Part shown: one piece after another, positions 1 through 13,026 of the stretch
How the letters are laid out: the number at the start of each line of letters is the position of its first letter
How positions within the stretch are numbered: position 1 is the first letter of the stretch
Assembly (NCBI RefSeq): GCF_006345805.1
Contig: NC_043003.1
Coordinates: 58,032,001 to 58,096,000, forward strand
Length of the DNA: 64,000 bases
Origin: Octopus sinensis
Lineage: Eukaryota
Direction: 5' to 3'
Position numbers and translations under genes: made by a program
Notes under the pieces: generated by a model
Databases searched by the model: none
What the model was told of the DNA's origin: nothing
The model's input: only the letters and a program-made list of their open reading frames with translations

Positions 1-99
1 AAGCTTGTTGGAAATGATCAGCATGGTCAAAGACAGAATAACCATCAGATAGCTTCAGATTCTACAAGATATGACTAATTGATTATCTGTATTAGTTTA

Positions 100-476
100 T
101 TTCCTCCGCCTTAGCGAAGGCGGAGGTATTGTTTTCAGTTGTGTTTGTTTGTTTGTTTGCTTGTCCATAGACAAGATACCTCGAGAACCGCTGAATGGAT
201 TGGGATGAAACTTTCAGGGATGTTTGGCCTCGCGACTGGCATGAACTTATTAGATTTGGGGATCGATCGGTTACTGGACAAGGATTCTGGATTATTTTTC
301 CGTTTTTTTTAAATTTAATTTTTGAATGCAGTCAGGTTCATCTTTAGTATTCTTGTTTGTGAGAGCAGTCAAGTTTATTCCAGATATTCTCATTTTAAAA
401 ATCATCTCTCGCTAATTGTTGAGAGGACGTTGGTGTTGCCTTGGCAGAGGTTTGTACACTCTGAGTGCTCTTGCTA
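100..476 (+). mobile_element. Non-autonomous Helentron/HINE (DINE-1-like) element
   Basis: 5' palindrome CCTCCGCCTT-AGCG-AAGGCGGAGG (101-126), internal (GTTT)n, 3' inverted copy CCTTGGCAGAGG (439-450) and terminal hairpin CACTC-T-GAGTG (457-467). This matches the known HINE architecture. Confidence 0.75.
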
Positions 477-595
477 TCATTATTATTATTATTAATTATT
501 ATCATCATTATTATTATTATTGTTATTATTATTATTATTATTCCGCCGAGGGCCTTGTGCCTACAGTAGAAAGGATTATTATTATTATTATTATT

Positions 596-633
<38 letters not shown>

Positions 634-1069
634 ATCATCATCATCATCATCATATGTTTGGCTTTTGCTTTGTATTTGTACAAGTTGACTTCATGTCTCT
701 CACCCAGAGACCTCAAGAGACAACATGTTAGAAGTACAAGTTGGTGTTATAACTAGGGTGCCGTATTTTTGGTTTTGCACAAAGCATTGTTCTTGAGAAT
801 GTCTGTGAAAACATAAGAAAATTAGAAGTTTGTTTTAAAATTAATTTGAAAATAAGGAGATGGTGTGATCTTAAGATGGCAGTAAAAAGTGTTTGCTATT
901 ATGTACATTTAAAAGTACTTTTCACAATATTTACAGATTAAAATGTTTTGGGGTTTACATACACAATATTTTTCAAAGGACATACACAGTTCCCATGAGC
1001 ACTATTTTTTAATTTCTTCCATTTTGGGATTTCCTGATATCTGAGATAGATATCAATCATCTCCTTTTG

Positions 1070-1103
<34 letters not shown>

Positions 1104-1130
1104 TATTGTTATTATTATTATTGAACTCGA

Positions 1131-1361
1131 GACTTATTCTTTGTAAGCCTAGTACTTATTCTATCAGTCTGAGGGGACAAACACAGACACACACACACAC
1201 ACACATATGTGACAGGCTTCTTTCAGTTTCCATCTACCAAATCCACTCGCAAGGCTTTGGTCAGCCCAAGGCTATAGTAGCAGACACTTGCCCAAGGTGC
1301 CACGCAGTGGAATTGAACCCGGAACCATGTGGTTGGTAAACAAACTACTTACCACACAGCC
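1131..1361 (-). mobile_element. tRNA-derived CORE-like SINE (family A), partial
   Basis: Reverse complement has A-box-like GGCTGTGTGGTAA, B-box-like GGTTCAATTCC and CORE-like ACCTTGGGCAAGTG; many copies in the window. Confidence 0.85.
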
Positions 1362-1404
<43 letters not shown>

Positions 1405-1619
1405 CTTCAAGAGATATATTAAGAGTGAGAAAAACAGAGCAGTTATGTATAGGCTTAATGTGCGGATACAATTTTATATAATTCCGTCATACAACTTTAG
1501 GCTTTGTTTAATTTCTCTAAGAAAACAAGTAGCACAGTTTAAAATTATCAACACCAAGAAAACATTGCATTCCCTATAACCCCCCCCCCCACCCCACTCC
1601 TCATTAAATTATTACAAGT

Positions 1620-2020
1620 ATGACTATTGCCATTTCAGATGCAATCAGCAAAATTTATCAGTTGTTGCTGTTATTATCATTATTATTAGTAGTAGTAGTA
1701 GTTGTAGTAGTAGTAGTAGTGGTGGTGGTGGTGGTGGTGGTGGTGGTAGTAGTCATAGTGTTCTTATTTGTGCGTTTGCACACGTGTTTACATATGTGTC
1801 TGTGTATGTATGTATGTGTGAATGTGTTTGCATATGTGTGTGTGTTTATATATATGTATGTATATATATATATATTATATGTATATATATATATATGTAT
1901 ATGTATGTATATATATATATGTATGTATATGTATGTATATATATATGTATGTATATATATATATACATGTATATATATGTATGTATATACATATGTATAT
2001 ATATATGAATATATATATAT

Positions 2021-2052
<32 letters not shown>

Positions 2053-2234
2053 ATATGTATATATATATTTGTATATATATATATTTGTATATAATCAGAC
2101 AATTCAGCATTGTTCTACTCATAATTGGAAAGTTTGTTATGATAAATTCAATTTTATTGTATATATTTACCACATATGAATATAACACTTACGATGTATG
2201 CATGCATGTATATAATTATGCGAATACATGTATG

Positions 2235-2265
<31 letters not shown>

Positions 2266-2365
2266 ATCTATGTATACATACATACATACACAGACAAACA
2301 CACTCATACTTGCATACATCTATCTATAAGAATATATTCTTGTGTGTGTGTGCATACATTATATA
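1620..2365. repeat. Compound microsatellite block (GTA/GTG, TA, TG)
   Basis: Directly visible simple repeats; source of the spurious 248-aa and 176-aa ORFs. Confidence 0.95.
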
Positions 2366-3135
2366 GTTTCTGCCTATTAAAACCCATTGTTACCAGATGT
2401 TGAAATATGTGACATTCTAAGCTAGCATCAAGTGGTTTAAATATTTCACTCCAAGATAAGCTGACGACTCCTTCAAAGGCACCAATAAATGGAAAAAAAT
2501 ATAACCATACTTACACCTCTTATTTCCCCCTCTTTCATTGTTTCTCTTGTATTATCATTGTCTTCCTTCCACTCTTTCTCTTTTCTCTCTCTTTCTCCCC
2601 CCTCCAACTGTCTCTCCATTTCTTTTCTCTCTCTTTCTCCCTCTCCTACTCTCTCTCCATCTCTTTGTCTGTCTTTCTCTCCTCTCTCTCAGCATCTCTC
2701 TCTCTTATGTGCATATAATCAAATGATTATAGATTATATGCTTGTTGTTTCAGTCTCACGGGGCACCAAATTTGGTAAGGGGTCTTCTACTATAATTTCG
2801 GGTTGACACAAACCTGTATATGAAAATCATGATTGGACCATACCTGTAATTCAAAGACATAAGAGATATTTAAATAACATGTGGGCTAAATATTAAAGAA
2901 TTGTTATATTTTGGGATAGTCGCTTTTGTTTCTTTTTTTTCTCTTTGTGCCAAATAAACACACACACTATATATTCATTCTCCATCATTTATTTCTTTTC
3001 TGATTTTAACTGATGTTCATTGTCTGGTCACACATCTGTGACCTCTTCAGTGACACTTAACATCTTCATGTATGCTCTTGTTCTGCTTAGTCCATTCTGT
3101 TATATGATGTGTATCCTTATATCCTTAAGTTTAAT

Positions 3136-3317
3136 TACTGTATTTTAACGTATATAAGGAACCCTTGTGTATAAGGAACCCTCTAATTTTTTAAGCTTAG
3201 AGTTTATAAAAAATTTTTGTAAAGGATTATCATACTATCCATGTATAAGAAAATTCCATATTTTATTAACCTAATTCTTGATAAAGAAGGTTTCCTTATA
3301 CACATTAAAATATGGTA
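3136..3317. mobile_element. Tc1/mariner-pogo-type MITE
   Basis: About 28-bp TIRs TACTGTATTTTAACGTATATAAGGAACC / GTTTCCTTATACACATTAAAATATGGTA (23/28 complementary by eye), TA termini, no coding capacity. Confidence 0.7.
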
Positions 3318-3493
3318 TATTGTAAAAATGCAAAAAAAAAAAATTACATTTCCTTGTAATTAAAGAGTGTGTGACCACATGAAATATGTCGTCACTGGTA
3401 AGTTCCAGTAACAGGCTGTGGCAATTAGCATGTTAAATAGCTAGAATAATCATTGTTAAAAACAGATGTAAAATGTTTTGTGTGTGTGTGTAG

Positions 3494-3605
3494 TTATTTT
3501 GGGAGGAGGAAGAATTTCCTGAACATGCCCATTTTGTCATGCCTGTTAAGGAAGAAGCCGACAAGACAACTCATATCAAAAAGATGGTGTGTGACTCTGA
3601 GTGAG
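3494..3605 (+). CDS. Candidate internal exon, unknown protein
   Basis: TAG acceptor after (TG)n. Open as LFWEEEEFPEHAHFVMPVKEEADKTTHIKKM to a GT at 3587, or as YFGRRKNFLNMPILSCLLRKKPTRQLISKRWCVTLSE to GAG|GTATGA at 3606. No homolog recognised. Confidence 0.2.
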
Positions 3606-4844
3606 GTATGACTGTACAACCCTTACCACTAAACTCAGGGTACTTGAAATGTTGGTCACATGACTTAACAGCAAAAAAAAAAAAGAAAACCACAGGAGGT
3701 GGTTTGGGTTTGGTTTGGGTTGGTGGTGGTGGTGGTTGGTGGTTGGTGGTGGTTTTATAGGACTGCTTTCTTCCGCCATGTTTGGTAGCCTGTGAATTGA
3801 TCTACTTTTCACAAGATCTCTCTCTCTCTCTCTCTCTCTTTCTTATAATCCATGATGATGTCTGTTAGCTAATGAGGACAAATGAGTCAGCTCTTTAGAA
3901 AAGAAAACAATCATTTATTTAACCTTTCTTGAAGTGAGATGTCATTGTTGTCGTGGTGGTGATGGCAGTGAGGGGGGTATTGAGGTATGGCAATGATAAT
4001 GGTGGTGGTGGTGGTAGAGCCATGGTGTTGTGCTGGATAGTGGGGTTGTGAGGAAGTGCAGGGTTTTGCTGTGCTGTGCAGTGTGAATAGCTCAAGTATA
4101 AAGGTGGAAGAGAAAAAAATGAAAAAAAGTTAAGAATTCGAGCTGGAGAGAGAGAGGGAACAAAAAGGTAACTTCAAAAGATAGATAGATAGATAGATAG
4201 ATACATAGATAGATACATAGATAGATAGATAGATAGAAAGGGAGAGAGAGAGAAATAGTCAGTGAGAGAAAGAACACACTTGAGAAAGGAAAGGAAAGAG
4301 AAAAAAATGAGATGACAAGCGGTGGGGGAAGAGGGCAAAGAAAGAGGATTGAGATAATAATAAAAAAAATAATAAAGGTGTGTGTGTATGTGTGTGTGTG
4401 TGTGGTGCAAATAGGCAGATAAAAGAAGATTCTGAATAACAAAGCACCAAGTTCTATCTCAAAAATGGTTTTCTTGGAGAGGCAGTACCATTTCCTGACA
4501 TCTCTAATCATTCAGTTTTTGTTTTTTGTTTTGTTTTGTCCCCCCCCCCCCCACCACCACCACCTTTGCTTTATGAAGATTCTTTTTATCTATTTTATAA
4601 AATTTTTCTTGGAGGTTATTTTTTTTTTTTTTAAATTATATTTACTTTATTTTGTTTCTTCCTCATTATTGCATTGCATTTTTTATTTGTTTATTATCAA
4701 AGTGATTGGTTGATTTTTATCATTATTATTATTATTATTATTATGAATTTTTTTTTCCAATGCAATGACAATACTGTTCGTTGAGTGAGATATAAAGATA
4801 GAGAATAATTTGTATAGGTGTGGCAGAAAGGTGGAGGGAGGAAA

Positions 4845-4902
<58 letters not shown>

Positions 4903-5320
4903 GAATAATGACTTTGAAATAATGTCAAGAGGTGTTTTAATTGTATTTTATGGTTTTATTTTATATTGAAATTACTGTTTGCCATGTGTATTTAAGTTAT
5001 TTGTAATGGGGTGAAAGGCGTGAATGAAGACCTTCATATTTCTTTTGCATTCATCTCTACTGAAGATCCCAATATTTTAATACTTCTATCACCATATGAT
5101 TTTTTTTGTTTTGTTTTGTTTTTTTGGTGGTGGGGGTCAGTTTGCTTTCTTTCTTTTTTCCTTATGAAATATACTACCTATGTGTTTTCAATTAATTTCT
5201 GATAATAATCAAAGACTTTGGGAAAGATTTCATAATACAATTTCAGGCATGGATATCTGTGGTTAAGGACATTTGCTTCTCAAGCATGTGGTCTTGTGAA
5301 TGGATTTGAGAAGCAAAACT

Positions 5321-5510
5321 TAACCATTTGGCATTTAAACTGGCGATATCCAGCACAAATATTCTGCTCGTTTTATATTCAAACTTGCCAGCTCCTGCCT
5401 CTCACACCTGCTCTACAATGTCACTCTAAAAATAGATAACCATATCTTTGATATTTTAAGCAATGTAATAAACCATGATTTATATAAGCAAACGATAGAT
5501 AGGTGTCAAT
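5321..5510. mobile_element. Decayed piggyBac-type MITE fragment
   Basis: Starts TTAA-CCATTT(GGCATTTAAAC), resembling TTAA/CCCTTT termini; the far end is eroded. Confidence 0.4.
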
Positions 5511-5724
5511 TCATTACAACTGTTTCTAACAAATTTTTTCATTGATAAATGAGTACATTATATATCATTAGAAATACATTTTCTTCAGATGAATACATGA
5601 ACTATGCTGTTCAGGACATTTAAAACATTTAAAATCCATGGCATATATATATTTTGTAATTCCACAATCATTGCTGACCTGGTGTCTTACCATTTAAACA
5701 CCTTATTCACCTGAATCTTAATAT

Positions 5725-6208
5725 AGGTATGGTTGTGTGGTAAGAATCTTGCTTCCCAGCCACATGGTTCCGGGTTCAGTCCCACTGCATGGCACCTTGG
5801 GCAAGTGTCTTCTACTATAGCCTCGGGCCGACCAAAGCTTTGTGAGCGAACTTGATAGACGGAAACTGAAAGAAGCCTATCATATATAAATATATATATA
5901 TATAGAGAGAGAGATATATAGATATTGATAGATAGATAGATAGATAGATATAGATATATGTATACATATATATTTATTTATATATATATATGTGTGTGTG
6001 TGTGTATGTGTGTTTGTTCCCCCATCATCACTTGACAACCGATGTTGGTGTGTTCACATCCCCGAAACTTAGCGGTTCAGCAAAGGAGACTGACAGAATA
6101 AGTATTAGGCTTACAAAGAATAAGTCCTGGGGTCAATTTGTTCGACTAAAAGTGGTGCTCCAGTATGGTCGCAGTCAAATAACTGAAACCAGTAAGAGAA
6201 TAAAAGAA
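5725..6208 (+). mobile_element. Family A SINE, full length with internal (TA)/(GATA)/(TG) microsatellite
   Basis: tRNA-like head, CORE-like segment, SSR, conserved 3' part ending GCAGTCAAATAACTGAAACCAGTAAGAGAATAAAAG. Confidence 0.9.
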
Positions 6209-7155
6209 TGTGATGAGTGCTTTTCAATTCCTGTCTACCAAATTAACTCAAAAGTTATTGGTCAAACAGTAGGTATTGTACCAAATGTTACCCAATAACA
6301 TTCCTGCAGTGAAGAATGAACCCCTCACCATGTGGTTCCCTAGCAAACTTCTTAACCACACATCCATGAAAGAAAAAGAAAAACAAAAAACAAGAATAAC
6401 AGGCATGGAAAATAATAGCATACAAAAGAATTGAAATGTAATTTTTCAACTTAGAGATGGCCACCACTGAGGATTAATGGAGAAACTCCACAGATTCAGG
6501 ATTAGTGTGCCACACTAGCATAGATAGAGGAGGCACGGCACCCCTTTTTTGGGTCTGCTATAGGCAATATGTATATGTTGTGGGGGCTTGGAGGTGACAC
6601 ACAATCTAGCAGTACTAGTGATGTGACTACCAGAGGCAAGTGTCTTCTCACGGTCTCATCCTCCCACCCTGGGCCTACAGGGTAAATGGTGAAAGTAGGC
6701 TCAGTTAACCAGGTCGTACATGTCACTTTCACTCACCTTTCAGTAAACTTACTGAAGAGTGGTTCCCTCCTCACCACCTTCACATTTAGTCATAATAATT
6801 CATTGGTTAGTTTTATATAGAACTCTCAGAAACGGTAGCCTTTTTTTGTCTTTTAGTTTTGTTTTTCTTGTTTTTTCTTGTTTCTTGTTTTTTTTTTTGT
6901 TTTGTTTTTTTTTTCCTTCCTCCATGGCTGCTGCCAAATTATTTTTCTTCCTTGTTCATTCATTCATGTAATTTATGAAATATCTTCATATCACTGTATG
7001 ATGATATGCTTCACTGCCTGATATGTAGGATATGACAGTTTGATAATGTAGATGTATCACAAATATAAACATTTATATCGAGAGGAATGTGATGTTTTTA
7101 CTTTAAAAATAGAAACACAACCCAAAGAAGAGACCTTCAACATGTCTATGGATTG

Positions 7156-7194
<39 letters not shown>

Positions 7195-7239
7195 TTGGTG
7201 GTGGAAGAATATAAAGTAAGGTCAATGGTAAATTTCAAA

Positions 7240-7420
7240 GTTTTTAGTTTGGTGACCTATTGCTGAACTGGTGCCATATGTCAAAAAATATTTGGTTGAT
7301 AACCAACTACATTAGAAGATTATGGTACTGCAAACTGTTTAAGAGTTTCATTGAAGATCTCAATCCATCCAACCCCAAATCCAACCCGTTCCATCAGCAG
7401 CAATCATCTGTTAGTTTTAG
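7240..7420 (+). pseudogene. Possible highly decayed pogo/Tigger DDE transposase relic
   Basis: Frameshifted, stop-broken fragments ELVPYVKKYLVDNQLH*KIMVL and IQPV..IIC resemble pogo/Tigger FVPxVKKYLxxxxLPxKxLL and IQPxDQGII motifs, judged by eye only. Confidence 0.35.
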
Positions 7421-7809
7421 TTTGGAGAAAATTATTTAACTCATAAAATGAAAACTACATGAATTCTTGAATGACCAGGAGATGACCTGGGAGGAAAAAA
7501 TAAATATTTGCATTGATCTCCAATCTCATAAATGTCAAACGTTCTTTTAGAATAGATATTTTTTTTCCATCTAGACATATATGTTTATGCATGTATGTGT
7601 GTGTGTGTGTTTTATAGCCAAAATAGTATTTGCTATCAGTTTTAGCTGAATCAGTATTGTAGCTTAGGTTTATAACTCGGTCAAAATCAGGTGTATATTC
7701 TTGGAAATTGAAAAATTCAGAGACACCAGTCAAATAGAGAAGAACCAAAGGTGATATCAATATTGATATCAAAATTTGGCACAGCACCAGCAGTTTCAGG
7801 TGAGGGTCT

Positions 7810-7912
7810 AAGTTGATTACTTCGACCCCAGGGCTCAACTGGTACTTATTTTGTTGATTCCAAAAGGATGAAAGACAAAGTGGACCTCAGCAGACTTTGA
7901 ACTCCAATGTAA
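7810..7912 (-). mobile_element. Deu/Nin-domain SINE (family B) fragment
   Basis: Reverse complement contains CTTTGTCTTTCATCCTTTTGGAATC...AATAAGTACCAG, the Deu/Nin-like core. Confidence 0.7.
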
Positions 7913-7913
7913 A

Positions 7914-8045
7914 GAGTGGCTGTGTGGTAAGTAGCTTGCTTACCAACCACATGGTTCCAGGTTCAGTCCCACTGTGTGGCACATTGGGCAAGTGTCTTCT
8001 ACTATAGCCTTGGGCCGACCAAAGCCTTGTGAATGGATTCGATAT
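7914..8045 (+). mobile_element. Family A SINE head
   Basis: GAGTGGCTGTGTGGTAAGTAGC...ACCAAAGCCTTGTGAATGG matches other copies. Confidence 0.85.
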
Positions 8046-8049
8046 GGGT

Positions 8050-8500
8050 TAACATAGTTCTTGGAGAGATTCATTATGACTCAGAAATGTGACATGGTTG
8101 GCCCTTTTAATTAAGGAGTATAACTCATTTTTGCAAGCTCATTGGACTGGAATAACATGAAATAAAGTTTTATATAAACATGAAAATATAAGGTGGCAAG
8201 CTGACAGAAATGTCAGCACGCTGGACGAAATGCTTAGCGGTATTTCATCTGTCTTCACGTTCTGAGTTCATATTCCACCGAGGCCGGCTTTGCCTTTCAT
8301 CCTTTCGGGGTCAATAAATTAAGTACCAGTTGAGTTCTGGGGTCGATCTAATCCAGTGGTCCCCTTGGACCTTGTGCCTAGAGTAGAAAAGAACATGAAA
8401 TAAAGTTTTCTTGCTCAAGGACAAAATACATTGCCAGGAATCAAACTCAGAACCTTACGATCATGAGCTGAATACCATAACCACCATGCTATGTGCTTTC
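8050..8500. mobile_element. Family C SINE (minus) interrupted by a family B SINE (8190-8391, plus)
   Basis: 18-nt direct repeat AACATGAAATAAAGTTTT at 8154-8171 and 8392-8409 flanks the B copy (TSD-like). Confidence 0.75.
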
Positions 8501-9052
8501 ACATTACACTATTCCACAGAATAATACCAGTTTCCTCGTATACTTTGTCCAGTTACTGAAATTATGTTTGTCTTAAAAGAGTGTATTTTAGAAATTAGAG
8601 CTGACAGAAAAAGGCTATACATTTACTGTTGTTTAAATAGACTTCTACACAGCCTGCCAAAATGGTTTAGGTTCCCACAAGCAGTCAGTCTTATCTTTGG
8701 CATGCTCTGTATAGTCGGAGAACCATCATATTCTTATAAATCTGTTGGCTCCTTTCTCTAAATGTTGTTATAGGTTATTTAACTAATCCAGTGATTTTTC
8801 ATTTGTTAGAGGAAGAACTATGGAAGAATAAAGATAAACGAAAGTAAAATGCTATTGTTGTTCGCCTTTTATTATTATTTTTTATTTCAATTCTTGAAAT
8901 TCTCATAAAAATTCCCAAAAACAATAATGGCATGAAGTGAAAGACAATAATGGAAAATATGGAATTTAGTTAGAAATTGTTTGGCTATTTTTTTTTACCT
9001 AATATTTTAAAATTACTTTTCCCCCTTTTTTTTTACTTTTATTTTTCTGGGA

Positions 9053-9121
<69 letters not shown>

Positions 9122-9419
9122 TCTCTCTCTCAAGTTTTTGCTTATCTATTTCTCTTATGTGATCTGGTATTCATAATTGGAATTCGAAGTATTCCTATTT
9201 TTATGAGAATGTGATGATAATTGTATTTCTTTCTTCCTTTTTTTTCTTTCATCAGAAGTGCAATGGTGATAACTAACATAGGTATTCCACCTATTGACCT
9301 TAAAATGGTTCAAATAACGCCATTTCTTCTCCTCCCTTAACTCTGCATTTCTGTGGTGTTTTCATCGCTTCCATACCAACCTGCTAAAAATAGCAACCGA
9401 AACATCATCAACATCACCA

Positions 9420-9620
9420 TCATCATCATAATCACTTAACATCTGTTTTCCATGCTGGCATGGGTTGGATGGTTTGATAGCAACTGGCAAGGCTGAGACC
9501 CACACCAGGCTCCTGTCATCTGCTTTGGCATGGTTTCAACAGGTGGATGCTCTTCCTGACACCAACCATTTTAAAGAATGTACTGGATGCTTTTTGAATG
9601 GTACCATCACCATTGCTTTT
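9420..9620 (-). mobile_element. Meta-like SINE (family D) 3' part
   Basis: Reverse complement has GGTTGGTGTCAGGAAGAGCATCCA...AACCCATGCCAGCATGGAAA...(TGA)n. Confidence 0.75.
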
Positions 9621-11055
9621 TTACATAAAGCACACCAACCTACCTTGAGGGTGGTGGGGAATGATAGCTACAGTGATAAATAACAAAGCTGGGATGGTCA
9701 TGGCTAGAATGTCTTCGATTATAGGTTTACTTAATATTAAGACTGACCTAGCTCTACTACTATTACTACCACTATTACTGTTGCTACTACTACCACCACC
9801 ACAACACCCCTCAACTGCTGCTGCTGCTGCTACTACTACTACTATTACTGTTGCTGCTACTTCTACTATCTTTAATTTATGAAGAGGCCTCTTAAGTAGT
9901 CACTCAAGTTGCTAAATATAACAACCAAATGTTTCTCATATCACACCCTAACTCCCTTATGGAAGGAAGAACATGTAAGGTGATGGAGTCCTTGAGACAT
10001 TATGCCTGAAAAAACTAAAAGTAAAACATAGATGAGATGGTCACGTCTGGAACCTATTCGATTTATGCTAACAGGTTCTAAACCTCATCAGCGGTTTCAT
10101 TTGTGATTGGTTGGCATCAGCAGGTCCAGTCATGCCCATCCTAGCTTCCTTTGCTGTTTCAGCAAATTCCAGATGTGGTGAAGTGGACATGTGGCATTCA
10201 TGCTTGACTCCACTGCTTACTTCTTGAAGTCTGGTACTTACATTGTAGGGAACTTTTTTGATGATCACATTGTTTATGTAGCTGTATTCTTATACAGAAC
10301 TTTCGGTGCTGGCTTTAATTTCTACAGAAAATCTGTGGAGATAACTTCAAAAAGTGATTGAATCACACTGCAAATACAAATGAGACACAATATTGACTTA
10401 AAAGTCTTTAATATACTTATTAGTATACTACGGTTGTGCAATAAAACAGGGTGTCCCTACCAGCAATTAATATAATTTACAGAATACATGTGGCAGTCCT
10501 GTAGGATTACCAAAAAGAATCACACACTGAAAGACCCACATAATTCAAGTAAGATGACATGAGCAAGCAAAAAAAAAAATCTAATTAATTGGAATTTAGA
10601 GAAAGAAAACAAAAACCTAATGGTGACTGTTGGCAAATCTCCAAGAGATTGTAAACGTACGTGTTTGTATATATGTGTGAATTTCTGAACAGGCTCTTCC
10701 ACTTTCTACCTTACCACTCTTGCACAGACCCCACAAACCTGTTATGACTCCTAAATTGTTGACATGGGGGGAAACTGTCTGCTCTTCCATTTTCTACCCC
10801 ACCTCCTTCCTTTGGCACACAGATTCCCTCCAAGACACACACATGCATGTATACATACAGGTGATAGAGTAAAGCTACCAGCTGCTGCTCTTCTGCTTTC
10901 TATTTGACCTCCCTTGTAAAAATTCCATACCTTCACCACCATCACCTCCACTCCAGCTGTGATTCCTAAATAGTTGATACAGCAAAGAGACCAGCCCTGT
11001 TACCTTTGCTCAGCTATCAACACCATCAGCCTCTCATGTCCATTGTAGCACATCT

Positions 11056-11125
<70 letters not shown>

Positions 11126-12286
11126 GTTATGCTTTCTCATCAATGTTATTGTCTTTAACGGTTGTTATCTCTGCAAACAATGGTTAATTGGAAGTGAAAG
11201 GAAAAAAATATATATTTATCCTATTGGACACACATGCAGATGCACATATGTGCATACATATACACACACTCACTTATACACGTATACATATACATACATG
11301 CACATATATGAGAGAAAGAGTGATATACACACATATGCTGTATATACACATACATGTATGCAGATGTATGCACACACACACACACACTCTAATCTTCACT
11401 GCTGTTACCAATTTAGAGCAAAGTAAAGAATGGTCTCCCTAGAAATTAATTATTTCACCTAAACACTTATATACATTCACATGTGTGTATACACACACAC
11501 ACATACATACATACATATATATATATATATGTATGTATATATGTGTATATATATATATATATGTATGTATATGTGTATGTATATATATATATATATATGT
11601 ATTTATATATATGTTTGTATATATATATATATAAATATATACAGACCTATATACATTCACATGTGTATATATATATATATGTGTGTATGCATATAAGTAT
11701 GTATGTGTGTGTGTGTATGTGTGTGTGTGTGTATGCTCATTATATCAATCTCTAAATCTCTCTCTTTTCTGCATAAGGAGATTTCTTCTTTACTTTCCTT
11801 TCCAACTATCTACAGGAATCCTCATTGCCAACTATTTATAGGCGCTTCATCCATATGTAAATTTCGTATCAGTTGATTCTCTTTCTGAAGAATTTCCAAC
11901 AGGGGATATCTTATATGTTTCTCATACATGTACAATTTTGTAATTCTGCTTAGTAAAACGAAACATGTGTAATGGCGAATAAATAATATGAAAAATTTTC
12001 CAGACTCCTGTCTTGATATATGTACATGTGAATGTAGATGTGGGGGGAGGTGTTTACATATTTATATATATATGTATATACACACATCTATACACATGTG
12101 AATTTACACACACACATATATATATATACACACACATACATGTATGTATGTTTCTACATGTATATATAGTATATGGTATTTATTCCAGCCATTTACATTC
12201 TGTTTATGTGTGTGTGTACATATGTATATACACATGTATATACAGGTGCATTTGCACACACACACGCACACCTATGCAGGAGTGTC

Positions 12287-12699
12287 TGTGTGGTAAGTAG
12301 CTTGCTTACCAACCACATAGTTCCAGGTTCAGTCCCACTGCGTGGCACCTTGGGCAAGTGTCTTCTACTATAGCCTCCAGCTGACCAAAGCCTTGTTAGT
12401 GGATTTGGTTGCCAGAAACTAAAAGAAGCCCGTCGCATATATGTATATATATATATATATATATGCATGTATGTATGTACGTGTATATGTTTGTGTGTCT
12501 GTGTTTGTCCCCCCAACATCGCTTGACAACCGATGGTGGTGTGTTTACATCCCTGTAACTTAGCAGTTTGGCAAAGGAGACCAATGGAATAAGTATTAGG
12601 CTTACAAAGAATAAGTCCCGGGGTTGATTTGCTCAACTAAAAGCAGTGCTCCAGCATGGCTGCAGTCAAATGACTGAAACAAGTAAAAGAGTAAGAGAG
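12287..12699 (+). mobile_element. Family A SINE, full length
   Basis: Complete head-CORE-SSR-tail arrangement. Confidence 0.9.
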
Positions 12700-12974
12700 T
12701 ATACACACACATGTATGTATATAGTATGTGGTATTTGTTCCAGTTGTTTATATTCTGAGTTCAAATCCCACCAAGGCCAGCTTGGGCCTTCCATTTCCCC
12801 CAGGGTTGATGAAATAAAGTACCAGTCAAGTACTGGGAGATGGTAAGGAAGGAGGAGTGTGGCAGTGATGCTATCAACTATTCCAATTTCAGGCCTTCAA
12901 ACTCAATTAGAAATTGTTGTTGTTCTATATACAGTTATATAATATTATTGTGCTCGTTAAATAAGTTAACTCTG

Positions 12975-13026
<52 letters not shown>

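Noticed and set aside
7752-7771. 20-bp perfect palindrome TGATATCAATATTGATATCA
   Set aside because: It is AT-rich and explainable as a short tandem duplication of a self-complementary 9-mer; no supporting context.
7455-7838. 127-aa minus-strand ORF with a hydrophobic stretch
   Set aside because: It begins in a SINE, crosses an (AC)n tract and has no usable donor site.
10242-10367. Minus-strand exon with strong acceptor and GTAAGT donor
   Set aside because: All three frames contain stops across the full span; at best terminal or non-coding, and unsupported.
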